From positions 34,348,001-34,412,000 of the forward strand of contig NC_043010.1 of assembly GCF_006345805.1 (NCBI RefSeq): a stretch of 64,000 nt of DNA. Direction: 5' to 3'. A program made the position numbers and the translations under genes. Within the stretch, counting starts at the first letter, position 1. The number at the start of each line of letters is the position of its first letter. Positions 27,960 through 41,801 of this stretch are shown in pieces. This DNA comes from Octopus sinensis (taxonomy: Eukaryota). The notes under the pieces are model-generated. The model did not search any database. It had not been told where the DNA came from and saw only the letters and a program-made list of their open reading frames with translations.

Positions 27960-29340
27960 GTCTAAGGGTTGATGATAATGATAAGACTGTGTCCAGTTAT
28001 AGTTTTCTTCTCAAATTCCACAAACAGATAGTCATCTGTGTACTGGCTACACCCTGGAAAGAACACATAGAGGAGGTCCATAGGAGGAACTGGTAGAGGA
28101 ATGCAGAAACCAAGACTGGCAGGCATGTGGCATGCCAATTGAAAGAGGCTATCAGGGTTTTGTGGGGAGGGAACATTCATTCTGCAAAGCTCTGACCATA
28201 CATTCTATTACTGGAGCTGCAGAGAGATAGCCATTAGATGGCTTTTGATAAAGATGGTGGAACAGTAGTTTGCTTCTGCTTAGATGCAAGTTGGGATCTG
28301 ATCAACCTCAGCTGGGTCAAATGGGTGAAAAGCTCTGATGAAAGACCTGAAATCCCTTAAGAACTCAGAAACATCACAGATGGCACATCCCAGACCATTA
28401 ATCATAAGATGCATCTTAGAACTGACAAAACATGGATTTAAATTTTAGCTTCATTCCACTAAAAAAATGGAAATCAAAATCAAAATCCTACACTTTAGCC
28501 TCAGTTCAACTTAGAAAAATAAACAAACTAAAACTGATAGAATATAGTTATATTTCAAACTTTATTGATGAAGCAAAGATGATTAATATCAAAAACTTGT
28601 TGCTATATAGCCTCAATTCAGCCTTGAGATCAAGCTGGTCTAGAATCAAAGGAAATGGACAAGATCACCCCCTCCTTTTACAAGATCATATTAATGCATT
28701 TTCTTTATAAGAAGATAAGGTATGATTTACAGATTTTGCTGCTCTGTTTAGTAGGTTGAGTGACCACACACAGATGAAAATTTCAAGTGCATAAAAATCT
28801 GTGGGAACGAATACTGCTGAGGAAATGAAATATTTCATTTTAAAAATCCACAGGTACATAATTTATTTTTAGCTTTAAGATTCTATCACTGGAGCTGCAG
28901 AGAGATAGCCACTAGATGGCTTCTGATAAAGATGGTGGAACAATAGTTTGCTTCTGCTTGGATGCAAGTTGGGATCTGATCAACCTCAGCTGGGTCAAAT
29001 GGGTGAAAGGGTCTTTTCCATATAGCTGGTTTTTTTTGTTGAAGGATTTTGTCAGTTGGTGGTTTCAAATTTGAAAATGGGAAAAATTTTGTCCATCGGG
29101 GTTCTTCACTTCTGGCAGTAGTTATAGGATATCTCTGATGGAGTAGGCATGCCACATGACAATAGTTCAAGGACAGTTCTGTTGGAGTAGACACCTTGTG
29201 GTAGTAGTCCTAGCATAGTTTTGCTGTTGTGGTCAGCAGTTACATGACTGTAACCTGAGGATAGCTCGGTTTCAGGAGAGCTATTATAGGTTATAGGTCT
29301 ATGGCAGTTTGACTGGAGGAGTAATGCCACATGTCAGCAG
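27960..29340 (-). mobile_element. Probable LINE relic with an internal 128-bp duplication
   Basis: More GC-rich patches with broken frames (TADHN; YTDDYL). 28203-28330 is repeated at 28881-29008. Confidence 0.4.
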
Positions 29341-30964
29341 TCTTCAAACTCTGCCAGATTAAACTAATGACATGAGTATGGTTAATTAATGAAGAACTTA
29401 ATTGACATCCTAGTAATGGTCATTACACTTAAAGCATTTTAGCCTCTAGGATAAAAAAGAATAGCAATATACCACCATGGTACAACAACACAAGTGTCAA
29501 ATTTATATCAGCATGGGAAAAGGGACATGATGAAGATGGTTATGGGGTTACAACAAGTGATGTTGAAATTATAACAAAGACAGCCAACCCTTGTCTTAGC
29601 TAATCCTTTTCCAATCAAAACCAGTTTTTGTAGTACTATGGATGAAAGAAAAATCTTCCCTCGGATGATATGTTGGACTATCACAGAAGCTATCCACCCA
29701 CTTTCAATACTATCCCTCACTCCCTCACACAAAAGTAATTAGACTTAGTACTGCAAACCAAGAAGTTACTGTGTTGGCACAACATTGGAATTGACTATAT
29801 GACAAACCAATGAAGAAGATTTTACAAGGCTGCTCATCAAATTTCTAAGAATAGCAGCAAAATCTCTTATATCATACCTTATTGTCTTACCCACAACCCA
29901 CCAAAAAAAAAAAAAAATCACAAACAACAACAAAAAAGAACATTGGATAATGTAGACTGGGAGAAAGTGTCTGAAATGACAGAATGGTCATGGTTAGAAT
30001 GCCTTTTAATTATAATTTCATTTGTATTTCATCTGACTCATTACATCCCTCATCCTCATTGTTTTATGTCAGTTATCCATCCTGGCATGGATTGGACAGT
30101 TTGACAGGAGCTGGCCAGCCAGGGAACTGTCCAAACTCCAAATTGTCTGTTGTGGCATGGTTTTTACAGCTGGATGCCCTTCCTAACGTTTTAAGTTCAA
30201 ATTCTGCCAGGGTCAACTTTATCTTTCATCCTTTCGAGGCTGATAAAATATACTAGGCAAGTACTGAGGTTGAAATAATCAACTTTGCTCTTCCCTTCAA
30301 AATCTCAGGCCATTTGCCAAAAATAGAAATTATCAGTCTACTTGAGCAAAGCTAATCTGGGACTAAACAACAAACTATATCAAGTGTAGTTGCTACTGAA
30401 GCTAGGTAAAGTTGGCTGAGGTTTGAGCTAAGGTTAAATCTTTCATAAAAAATCAGGTCTTCAGAACAAGTTCATAATGGAAGTTACTAATCTTAGGCTG
30501 ATAAGAGGCAAAACTCTTCAATACTGCCACTGTTCTTATCCAGTACTTTCCAACTGGGTTGTCATGACACCCTGCGCTGTTTTAGACAATAGTTAAAAGT
30601 GTTGAGAGGTTTTAAATTTAAATAACAACTGACAAAAAAAAAATGTCATTAAGAATGTCGTGTATATTAAACATAAGAAGATAGCATGATGAGGTCACAA
30701 AAATGATGGAAAAAACCAGTGATCTAATATAAAAGAACTTTTCCGAGACAAATTGTTTTTCTGGCCACAACTAAACTATACCAAATGTAGTTGCCACATG
30801 ATGAACTAGGGCATTGCACGATTAATTATTTAGCACTGTTTGAATAAAATGTAACATGATCATTGCTTGATCAGTGCAGAAATGGAGATACACAAGAATG
30901 TTGACTTTGTAAATGTCTAGTTGGGTTTCAAAAAGCAAAACATTGTTCTGCTACTTTAGATTTA

Positions 30965-32090
30965 TAATAATAATAATCCTTTCTGCTATAAGCACAGGGC
31001 CTGAAATAAAGGGTAGTAGGGCTAGTCAATTACACTGATCCCAATGCATAACTGGTGCTTATTTCATCAACCCCGAAAAGATGAAAGGCAAAGTCGATCA
31101 TGGTGGAATATGAACTCAAAATGTAAGGACGGACAAAATGCTGCTAAGAATTTTGACCAGCATGCTAACAATACTGCCAGCTCGCTGCTTTTATAATAAT
31201 AATAATCCTTTCTACTATAGGCACAAACCCTGAAACTTGGGGGAGGGGATAGTAAATTATACCGACCCCAGTGCATAACTGGTACTTATTTCATCAACCC
31301 CGAAAGGATGAAAGGTAAAGTCAACCTCAGTGGAATTTGAACTCAGAACGGAGCAATGGGTGAAATACCGCTAAGCATTTCATCTAGCGTGCTAACAATT
31401 CTGCCAGCTCACCTTATAATAATTTCTACTATAGGCACAAGACCTGAAATTTGAGAGGAGGGGACTAGTTGATTACTTTGACCCTAGTGCTCAACTGGCA
31501 CTTACTTTATCAACTTCAAGAGAATGAAAGGTAAAGTTGACCATGCTGGAATTTGAACTCAGAATGGAAAGACAGATAAATTGCTGTTAAGCATTTTGTC
31601 TGATTTAATCCTTTCATTACTGTATTTATTTTGAGATGCTTTGTGGTTCTTTCAATTACTTTGATTATAACAAAGAATTTAGTAAAATAACTTAGTTATC
31701 ATTCAGCTTGTGTTAGGAATATAATTTATGACTAAGGTTTGGTAGAAGATTTTAATTCAGAACTTATGAAAACAAGACATCTGTACTGCAGAGCCAGAGC
31801 CGGTTTCAGCCGGGTTGGTAATGAAAGGGTTAAGGGTTCTGCCAGCTCACCACCTTAATAATGATAATAGTAATATAGATTTCAAATTTTGGCACAAGAC
31901 CAACAATTTTATTAGGAGGCTGTTAGTCAATTACATTGACCCCAGTACTTGACTGGTACTTACTTAAACCCTAAAGGACGAAAGGTAAAGTTGGCCTTGG
32001 TGAGATTTGAACTAAGAATGTAAAGAGTTGGAAGAAATGCCACTAAGCATTTTGTCTGATGTGGTAATGATTGTCAGCCCACTGCCTGAA
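30965..32090 (-). mobile_element. Four head-to-tail SINE-B copies
   Basis: The motif AAGGCAAAGTCGAC...GAATTTGAACTCAGAA recurs about every 230 bp. One copy is interrupted by a MITE. Confidence 0.85.
31605..31833. mobile_element. TTAA-flanked piggyBac-like MITE, family P2, nested in a SINE
   Basis: TTAA|TCCTTTCATTAC ... GTAATGAAAGGG|TTAA. SINE sequence resumes on both sides. Confidence 0.82.
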
Positions 32091-32761
32091 TAATAATAAA
32101 GGTAAACAAAAGTTGTGTCAATACTAGATAAGGATTGACCTTTGTAAAATTGAATGATTATCTTAAAGAATGACAAGGTGAAGGAGAAGAACAATAATAT
32201 TAATAATATTAATAACACCACCACTGACTGTGACAACCAAATGAAGTTACCTCTATATGGTTACTTGGCCTACTAAAAGGAGCTGAGAAATCTCATTTAA
32301 ATTACACTACCATCTTGAGAAAGGTATACATTAGATAATGTAGTTTAAGATACTCTATTACTAAATTTGTTTTGAATTCGATATTCTGTGTCGTTAAGTA
32401 AAAGAGATATAGTGAAATGTCTGAAATAGATAAGGTATAGGATCGCTAGTCTATAGGTCAAGATTTGATATCCCACTGTAATTTAGAAGGATTGGGAATA
32501 ATATTTGACATTACAAGCAAGTCAGAAAAACAACAGGCTTTGCAATGTAGCTGTTGGACATCAACCTCGGAGATGACTACAAACCACAATATAGGCAATC
32601 TGTCCAGAAGGGCAGTAACTGAATAAAAACTGTTACGCAATTGTGAGGATTCTAGTTCTACTGCAGAAACCTCAAGCATAGGTGCTGAAAGGCACCCAGT
32701 CCATGCTGTAAAATGATAAGCGATAGAAAGAATGTCTGGCTGTAAAAATTATACCAATATA

Positions 32762-33148
32762 GGTGCAGGTATGGCTGTGTGGTAAGAAGTTTTCTTCTCA
32801 ACGTGGTTCTGGGTTCAGTCCTATTGAGTGGCACCTTGGCTAAGTGTCTTCTACTATAGCCCTGGGATGACCAAAGCCTTGTGAGTGGATTTGTTAGACA
32901 GAAACTGAAAGAAGTCATATTCATATATATGTGTGTGTGTGTGTGTCCGTGTCCCATCACCACTTAACAAATAAATGTTTGCGTGTTTATGTCCATGGAA
33001 CTAAGAAGTTCAGCAAAAGAGACGGATAGAATAAGTACCAGGCTTAAAGAGAATAAGTACTGGGATTGATTTGTTTGACTAAAATTCTTCATGGTGGTGC
33101 TCCAGCATGGCCGTGGTTTAATAACCGAAGCAAGTAAAAGATAAAAGG
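32762..33148 (+). mobile_element. SINE family A
   Basis: Head, body and tail match the other copies. Confidence 0.85.
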
Positions 33149-34389
33149 AAGGAACAAACACAAGAGACATGGATTTTGCCAACCACAACATTAAAAAAAA
33201 AAAACTGATCTGGGGGTACCAGTAAATGAAGACACAAACACTCTAATGACAGCGATACAACAAAATGTACCAAGTCCATGATGTAAAATGACTGGTGAAA
33301 ATTAAAATGTCCTGCCAGAAAAGAAATGGCACACATAGAAACAGAAACGGACAATTATTTCTTGTGCATGCCAAATGATAACGGACAGCAACAGGAGGTA
33401 ACATGTTGAGAGTCATGAAAGGATAGAAAAAAGGAAAATGGAAATAAAAAATACAATAGTGCCAGCATTGAGTAGTTGTTGAATTAGCATTGAAGTAAGT
33501 GAGATATTTGTGGAGATAAACTAGTACAGTTAGAATGGAAAAAATAAAATAAAACCCACTTATGGCAAAGAGAAAATGGTAGGTATTGTGTTATATGATA
33601 ACACTGAAAATGATAAATATATGGTGGATATGTTGCTTATAATGTCTGATATCATTCTCAATTAAATTTTTAGTCACAAAGACTGGAAAAGTGGGTTTAG
33701 TTTGAGAGAGACTCCAAATAAATGAAAGGAGAAGAGTAACATGCATTGTATGGGTTCATTCAAAAGTGGTATACAGTTGGAAGTTTTAAAAAAACTGGAA
33801 GTAGAAGAGACAGGAAGACCAGTGTTAATGAGTAGGTGGTTACAATGTAATTAATAAACTAATATTCCTAAGTTGTTTAGTGAGCTTTTTTTTTCACATG
33901 GGCTAGAATGAAACACCAAAGTGATCTGCACTACTACTTTAAAGAGAGTCAGAAAATTGCTTAGCAATGATCTATGTTTTGCAATCCTAAAGAGAAAATT
34001 CAACCAATTTGGCTGCTCATCATATGGTAAACTTGAACATCTTTGATAACTTTCTCATGAAGATTACATTTCACATAACCAAAACAGCATCACAATGATT
34101 AAGTTTCCTTTTCATGACCTGATAATACAATGCAGATAATACAATGCAAGGCATGTGTGCAACAGTCATGCAGCATATCCACTTTGCATATCCTGTGCTG
34201 CATTTCAATGATATACTGCTTTTACCTAAAGCATGTATGCATGAAACACACATGCACATGCACACACTGCAGTCAATGTATCATACAATATAATTGTTGG
34301 GATCAAAGATGGCATATTTCTAGTGAGACTTCTAAAAAGAAATTCTTAGTTCAGAATAAACTGCTTCACTTAGCAGTTGTTCATCTGAA

Positions 34390-35200
34390 GAAAGCTTTGG
34401 CAAAGCAACATGTTCCGTAGTAGGATGGGTGCCAAAGAAGAGTTGATGAATGGCTTGCAAAAGCTGTAGGCGAAGGTTGGCAAGACGTTTAGTGAGAGAT
34501 TTTGTGTAAAATAGATGTTCACATTGGTTTTGTTCTCAGTTTTCAACTCATTCTAGTTTTGAAGATGGTTGTCTATGAAAATTTTCTCTTTAATCATATA
34601 GACAGAATCTGTTGAAGAATTAGAGAAAATGTTCCATATCTAGAAGAAAGGTTAAGAATTCAAGGTAGAAGAATTAACATAGCAGATACCAAAGAGCTAG
34701 TTAGAGAGGTGTAGAGAGGTAAAAAACCCAATACTATTTGGAAAGTGACCCTTTTTTCATATTCAAAAAGGTATATATTTAACATTAAAAAAAACAAAAC
34801 AAAAAAAAAAAACAATATTTAGTCAGAGGAGAAGCAGTGTTCACAACACATTGCAGGCTTTTACAATGTGTTTAAGGTTGGATACCTGTAGTGTGATACA
34901 TGCAGGCAATGAGAAGGTGAAACCAACAGGTTGAAACAAAAACAGGGGATGGTAAGTACAAGAGAGATGAAAGCATTTGGACAGAGATAGTATTCAGCTT
35001 GCTGTTTCAGAGGATCAGAAATCATTATAGTTACAAGTAGAGAGTTTGAGAATAACTGTACATGAACATGGAGATAAAACAGTACAATTTTAGGCTAATG
35101 GTTACAATGTTCCCTTCCCTCTTGAATGAAACTTGGCCAAACAGCTGAAGGGCTTCTTTTGGCCACAATATGTGCTCATGTTTGCATGTGGAGTAGCAGT
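34390..35200 (+). mobile_element. RTE-like LINE relic
   Basis: Degenerate VDEWLAKAV...FCVKIDVHIGFVLS resembles RTE RT (VDEWLVKAV...VGVHQGSVLSP). Heavily mutated. Confidence 0.45.
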
Positions 35201-36257
35201 GCTGCTGCAGATATATGGGCAGTACTCTATTGGTTATTCAGGCTTAGCAGTAGATCAACAAATGATCCTCAGTGAACAATTATATTAAAGTGGCAAGTCG
35301 GCAGAATTATTAGCATGCTAGATTATTAGCATGCATTTCATCTGTCTCATGCTCTGAGTTCAATTAAAAGGTTGAAGTCAACTTTACCTTTCACCCTGTT
35401 AGGGTTGATGAGATAATGAAATAAGTGCCAAATATTAGCACACGCCGGACAAAATTAATAACAACAATCCCTTCCACTATAGGCACAAGGCCTGGAAATT
35501 TGGAGGAGTGGTTAGTTGATTACATTGGTTCCAGTGCTTGACTGGTATTTATTTCATCAACTCCAAAAGAGTGAAGGACAAAGTTGACCTTGGCAGAATT
35601 TGAATTCAGAATGTAAAGATGGATAAAATGTCGCATAGCAGTTTGTCTGGTGTGCTACTGGTTCTGTCAGCTCACCACCTTAATAATAATAGATTTATTT
35701 GCTACTAGGGTGACGGATAAGGTGGGAGGTGGTGACAATACAAAGACAGATAAAGTATGTCAATTTACATTGAATGAAATAATTAAAATTAAAATAATAA
35801 TAGGGGGTGTTTAATATTCACTTTAGTTTTTTAATTTCTGAAAAATATCTGATGTGAATTAAGACTAAAGAATGAAATTTGCCATCAAAAAATATTTTTG
35901 TTTCCTTTATATTTATTCTATTTCTTTTACAGTTCTACATATTAGCGCTCAGTGAAATCAGCAGTTGAACTGGATAAAAAAAACAAAACGAAACAAAGAT
36001 CTAATAACAATACAGTAATCTCTTGTTGTATTGCATGAGTCAAAGAGAAAAAAGGTGTGATAAAACAACACCTGATGCCAAACTAGCAGAAAATTATTGA
36101 CATAGATGATTGATCAAGAGAGCTACTTAAGAAAACTGTTTTATGCTTTCATTAGTAACATTATTGCAAGATTACTGATAATGATTATTTCTTATGCAAA
36201 CACCCAATTTCTGAACATGAACTAGGAGGAAGAAGAAAACAAAAAAAAAAGGGATAT

Positions 36258-36558
36258 TATGTACACTGTTTACATTAGTCAGAATGGTGTCCTCATCTAT
36301 TTTGCTGCTTTTACTACGTTTTGGCTGTTGTTACACTCCAGCCTTTTTCAGGTGTCTTGTGATTCACCTTAGTAACTTGACTGGTATGAGTTCAATCCCA
36401 GGTAAGGCAAAGCACTGAGGTGAATTGCAAAACACCTGAAAAGGGATAGAGTGTACAACAGCCAAAATGTAGTGAAAACAACAATCAAGATTAGGTCACC
36501 AGTCCAAGTAATGTAAACAATGTACATAATACAATTCCTCATCTCAGAAATATAGAAT
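36258..36558. mobile_element. Older, CpG-decayed relative of the 45.4 kb inverted hammerhead element
   Basis: Same inverted arms (ACACCTGAAAA...CAGCCAAAA(C/T)GTAGT) and the same terminus AATTCCTCATCTCAGAAATATAGAA. The core CCGAAACG has become CCAAAATG or CCAAAACG. The internal spacer differs. Confidence 0.7.
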
Positions 36559-36664
36559 TGGAAAACAAAGGATAGTACACTACTATTCTATTGATTTTTT
36601 AAGGTGGTGAGCTAGCAGAATCATTAGCACATTGGGCAAAATGCTTGGCGGCATTTTGCTTGTA

Positions 36665-37175
36665 CCATAAATCCTCGATTATAGTCCACCCTTGAGTATA
36701 ATATGCAGGGGATTTTTAGGGGGCTGTACCTCTGAAAAACCTAAACCTTGTGTATAATACGCACCCTTTCACTAACTTGAGTCAAGGAGGTCTATATAAC
36801 GTCCTTGGTTTGTAAAAATGTATACGGTAACGTCCTTTATTTTTATTGTACATATAACATAATGCATATGTGTAGCTTTTTTGTGCATTTTGTTTACTGA
36901 AAATAAAGAAACAACAGTAATAACATTTAATAAATGTTGCTTATTGCAAGTTATGGATGATTCTTTTATGACTTCATTGCTTTCAGGCTTAGCTTAAGGT
37001 ATTTTCGCGCCTGACAACACAAAATGCGTCTGAATAAACATTGCTGGAGAGCAAATAGAGACTCAGACATTGCTTAGAAAATAATTTTCATTTTTAACCT
37101 CATATATAGTACGCACTGGGGATTTTAACCTTTAAATTTTTGGGGAAAATGCGGATTATACTCGAGGATTTATGG
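36665..37175. mobile_element. Tc1/mariner-pogo-like non-autonomous element nested in a SINE
   Basis: TA|CCATAAATCCTCGATTATA ... TATACTCGAGGATTTATGG|TA: TIRs with TA duplication. The SINE head is interrupted at this TA and resumes at 37178. Confidence 0.85.
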
Positions 37176-37950
37176 TATTTACATTCCGAGTTCAAATGCT
37201 GCTGAAGTCAACTTTGCCTTTCATCCTTTCAGGGTTGATAAAATAAGTACCAATCAAGAACTGGGGATACTGTAATTTACTTACCCCACCTCCACAACTT
37301 GCTGGCCTTGTGCCAATATTCTACTAACTTGAAAAGTTTTTGCAACAGAAATACAACATTCCAAATCAGTGCTTGAAGAAAACTCAAACAGAAACATTTA
37401 GAATTGTAAAATATTTGTGCTTGTTTGAGAATACCTTTGAGAATTTCCAGGAGCTGTAGCTTCAACAGAAAGTTTTTTTTTGCAATCTGAAACATTTCGA
37501 AACTTTTTCAAGATCTGCTGTCTCAAACCCATAAATCAAACCCATTAATATTAATGCCCACCAGGAAAAAAACAAAAACAAAACAAAACAAAAAACTGAA
37601 AAGCTAATTTCATTTGTTGATTAAATTTAATCTTGTATGAAGAATCTAGTTACCTGGTCATTCTGGTGCACAATGAATAAAACATTTATGAAAGTTCACA
37701 AGTAGTTATATTCAGATAGCATGAGATTAATCATGTTCATCATCATCATCGTTTAACATCCGCTTTCCATGCTAGCATGGGTTGGACGATTGACTGAGGG
37801 CTGGCGAACCAGATGGCTGCACCAGGCCTCAATCTTGATCTGGCAGAGTTTCTACAGCTGGATGCCCTTCCTAACGCCAACCACTCCGAGAGTGTAGTAA
37901 TTATGTGTTCAATTATGTCTTTTTCATTTACATATACTAGAACCTGTATA

Positions 37951-38332
37951 CCTTACTCTCTTTACTTGTTTCAGTCATTTGACTGCGGCCATGCTGGAGC
38001 ACCGCCTTTAGTCGAGCAATTCTTTGAAAGCCCAGTACTTATTCTATCGGTCTCTTTTGCCGAACCGCTAAGTGACGGGGACGTAAACACACCAGCATCG
38101 GTTGTCAAGCAATGTTGGGGGGGGGCCAAACACAAACACACACACACACATATATATATATACATATATACGACAGGCTTATTTCAGTTTCCGTCTACCA
38201 AATCCACTCACAAGGCATTGGTCGGCCCGGGGCTATAGCAGAAGACACTTGCCCAAGATGTCACGCAGTGGGACTGAACCTGGAACCATGTAGTTCGTTA
38301 GCAAGCTACTTACCACACAGCCACTCCTGCGC
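37951..38332 (-). mobile_element. SINE family A, young copy with CpGs intact
   Basis: Full-length match with the CG dinucleotides retained. Confidence 0.9.
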
Positions 38333-40539
38333 CTTGTCTATTATTTTATAATTTAATTTTTCTTTTTTTACAAAGAGTGATTAAACTACAACTTAAAAAG
38401 TTTCATGTTTATACAGTTATTTTCACTGCAAAGAATCAAAAGATTTAAGGTCCATTTGAACCACTTCCTCAATTTTGAGAGAAACCACAGCATTTCCCAG
38501 CCTAAGAACAGTCTTGAGTCACCTCACAGGTTCTCTTGAAATTGCAACACATCTGCTTCTATCCTCACACTCCTGCAACCTACTCATCCACACATCATCA
38601 CCTTTTCTCTCATCTTCTTCCTGTATATTTCTTTTCACCTACTCTGTACTCTTAGACAGCACATACTCTCCCTTACCTCCTCTCCAACTCATATTTGTCA
38701 TCCACCACCCCTACTTCAACCCTTGCTCACCATTCTGTATATTTGCTCCACTACCCCTACACAAATCTCTAACTATCCCTCACTCACTCTTGCAACCTCT
38801 AGCCACCCTTCCTCTTGCAACTTGTCACCACCATCCTTATCTCTCTCTGACTCTACCCTAATTACTCCCACCCATTCTTGTATAATACGAGTAGTCATGC
38901 ATCTCTTCTGTAGTAACAAACCTGCCCTGGCCCCATCTTTCAAAAATATGTTGCTTCCCCCTCTAATGTAGTCCAGTTCAGTCTAAAGGGGTTTTAGCTG
39001 GCAACCTCACTAGTGTTGGTGCCATGAAAGAAAAAAAGCACCTTGTACACGCTGTAGAGTGGTTGGCATTAGGAAGAACACTCAGCTTGTAGAAACTGAA
39101 ATTTCTACTGATTGCCACGTTTTCATCATTCGATAGTGTCTATAGTGACCGTTTAGCACCCAGATCAACCCTAACTGAGCAAACCCAAACCTTTGATCAA
39201 GAGTGTTCCAGCAGTGATCGTCAGGATCATATCTTTTGTATATCATACTAATATTGTGCAATGTACAGTAGTCTTTCTTTAAGACGGTAGAATGTGGTTT
39301 AAGAGAGACTTCGTTACTATTTTTAGAGCAGCCTAGCAAACTGCAATACTGATGATAACGAGTGGGATAGACGTTTTCCTTGACGTCCGAGTAGATCTGT
39401 CTATTACATAGTCGAATGATAAATTGAAAAAGAATACGAAGAGAAGACCTAATACGTACAGGAAGAACGGTCGAAATACGTAATAGCAACAGTGTTACGT
39501 ATGTTCCAGCTTCTGTTTTAAGGTGTGCCGGAAATTTATATTTAAAAAATGTAAATAAAATAAAGTGACAAAATATGGGACAGATTGTCATAAGGAGTTC
39601 CAGCCGTAACCATCCCAACTTATATTTATATATTGTGTCTAGGACTAGTCTTTTTTTTTTACTTATTTTTTTAAAACCTAAGACTGTAGTTTAAGGAATA
39701 TTTGACTGCTATTTTTAGTAAGTCACTTGACCACGTGGATGGTCTAGTTATCCCAAGGCCATCTTGATCAAATATATAGAAAATTGAAGGTGTTCCAGCT
39801 GTGACCAATCCACCCTTTAAAACTACATTATCGTGTGTGAGTGTGTATACATATATATACACACACACATAAAGTTGTGATTTGAGTGGAATTTGACTGC
39901 TATATCTAGCAAGACAAATGACTGCGTAGAAACCCACCACCACTTGATATTGACATGTGGGACAGATTCAAACCAGCGCCAGGAATTAAAAGGAACATGC
40001 TTCTCAAAGTATGTGGAACTGAAGAAAATTTGAATGGTTTTATTCTATGTAATTTATTTAGAAATAAATTATAGATTGGAAATTCGGCGTTTTTTTCTTT
40101 CTTTCTTTCAGTTGAGCGCGAACGATTTTTTAAATACAAAATTTAAACGTAAATCGATCTAATCGAAGAAGCAACATACGTGTATAAATGATTACAGTCA
40201 GAAAAGTCAACATTCAAAAAGTAACAAACGTGTCACCAATGTTTATAGAGTTGACCAGACCCAGGTTACTCTCGATCGAGCAAACAACCCTGCGATCAAA
40301 GGACATGCCAACCAACCATGGTTGTCATCTTTTTTAAAGGAATATCTAAAGCTACATAATCTCGTGTGTTCTTTTTTTTACCCTTTAGTAGGGTGTCATT
40401 TGAGGGAGATTTACCAACTATTCCTAGCTAGTTGTGCAAACACGTAGATGCTCTGTCGATACTATAACAGATACTTATGATTGTACCGTCCGTGAGATAT
40501 AGTGAAAAACGTATTTGATTGTTTATGCATTTGTTATTG

Positions 40540-40760
40540 TTTAGACCCTATGCCAGCATTGACGGAATAGAACTATGATCCAGCCGCATTCCAGCCGTAA
40601 CCATCTCATCTTTGTTTTTCAGACAATGTGTATAGAACTACATTTATCCACTGTAGCCTTACTTCTTATTTTAAAGTCAAGTGAGTGTGATTTTGAAGCA
40701 GATTTAGCTGTGTTTTCTAGCAGATCAAGCGACCACGTAGAGGTTATTTCTTTAGATCAT
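40540..40760. repeat. Dispersed ~200-bp repeat family G (TTGTTGTT..CCC..GTCAG..CTGATCGAGCAGAC...GGATAATGTAG...CTAGCAG.TCAAGCGACCACGTAGAG), many fragments across the window
   Basis: Recurs at about 4790-4950, 12670-12830, 20500-20760, 21680-21870, 26700-26880, 39150-39340, 39600-39920, 40240-40450, 45090-45290, 50380-50560 and elsewhere. Class not determined. Confidence 0.7.
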
Positions 40761-40775
40761 AATACTTGCCCGGCA

Positions 40776-40807
<32 letters not shown>

Positions 40808-41760
40808 TTTGTGTATATACTACACACAAAATGAATGGATGATAGTTAAAGATTAATCTTTTTCGTGTGGAATATGTGAAACGATAAAGATAAATATTCC
40901 TTGTTGTTTAGCCACAGGTCAACGGTGACCGCTTTATCGTATCTAGGTCTACACAGCATCCTTCCTTTTGTTCTTGTTTAACTCCCGGTTTATCCTAGTA
41001 GGATGGACTTATGATCAAAAACATCTCAACAGCGACTCCCTGTCATATTCTCTAATAAATAACAACACTTAAAAAAAATCCGTAAAGCTATGAGTTAAGG
41101 GATATTTTGATCCTTTTAGTAATAGTACGAACGACCCCACGCACAGCTTCCCTCTTTGTTTAACTGATCAATTTCTTGGCTCCAACAAAATGTTCCTTCA
41201 GCATCAACAAGCATTTAAAAAAAAGCAACAAATTTATCAACCTTTGAGAGACGAAAACAGTTATATTATACCATTCTCTGAGCAAGTTTTTCTTTTTTTA
41301 TTATTTTCTTTCTGAGAGTCGGTAAAACTTAGCGTTTAACATATACGGATGTAAACACTATTATAAAGCTTAGCTTTAATCCCTGGGTAATAAGCACCTC
41401 GTCGTTACAGGCCTATTTTCCCCTTCTCATTTTACCGGAGTCGATAAAATAAACAAATAAATACTAGACAAGTCAACGAGAGAGCATCAGCGTGGTCGTC
41501 TAATCTGCCAGAAATAGCAGCCAAGTCTTCTTCAAATAACAATTTTAAAATAATGTGGTCTTCTGTACATAGGAAAAAGACTGGAATACCTATGATTATA
41601 GACCTGCCCAATTTCGGCTGCCCCGGGCTAAGTAGCAACCAATAAGTTCTAAACAAGTTCTGAGCCAATATATTCAACTAATCTCTCCTGGAAAATGTAT
41701 AACTTCTATGATGTTAAGAAATCAATTCTCCCCGATTTAACCTTAAAACATTCCAGGATC

Positions 41761-41801
<41 letters not shown>

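Noticed and set aside
30965-32090. Regularly spaced repeats superficially like a CRISPR array
   Set aside because: The units are ~230-bp eukaryotic SINEs with no short repeat and unique spacer structure, and there are no cas genes.
39082-39618. 178-aa minus-strand ORF in GPAT intron 1
   Set aside because: It starts and ends within family G and D repeat fragments, has no recognisable domain, and has no convincing splice or start context.
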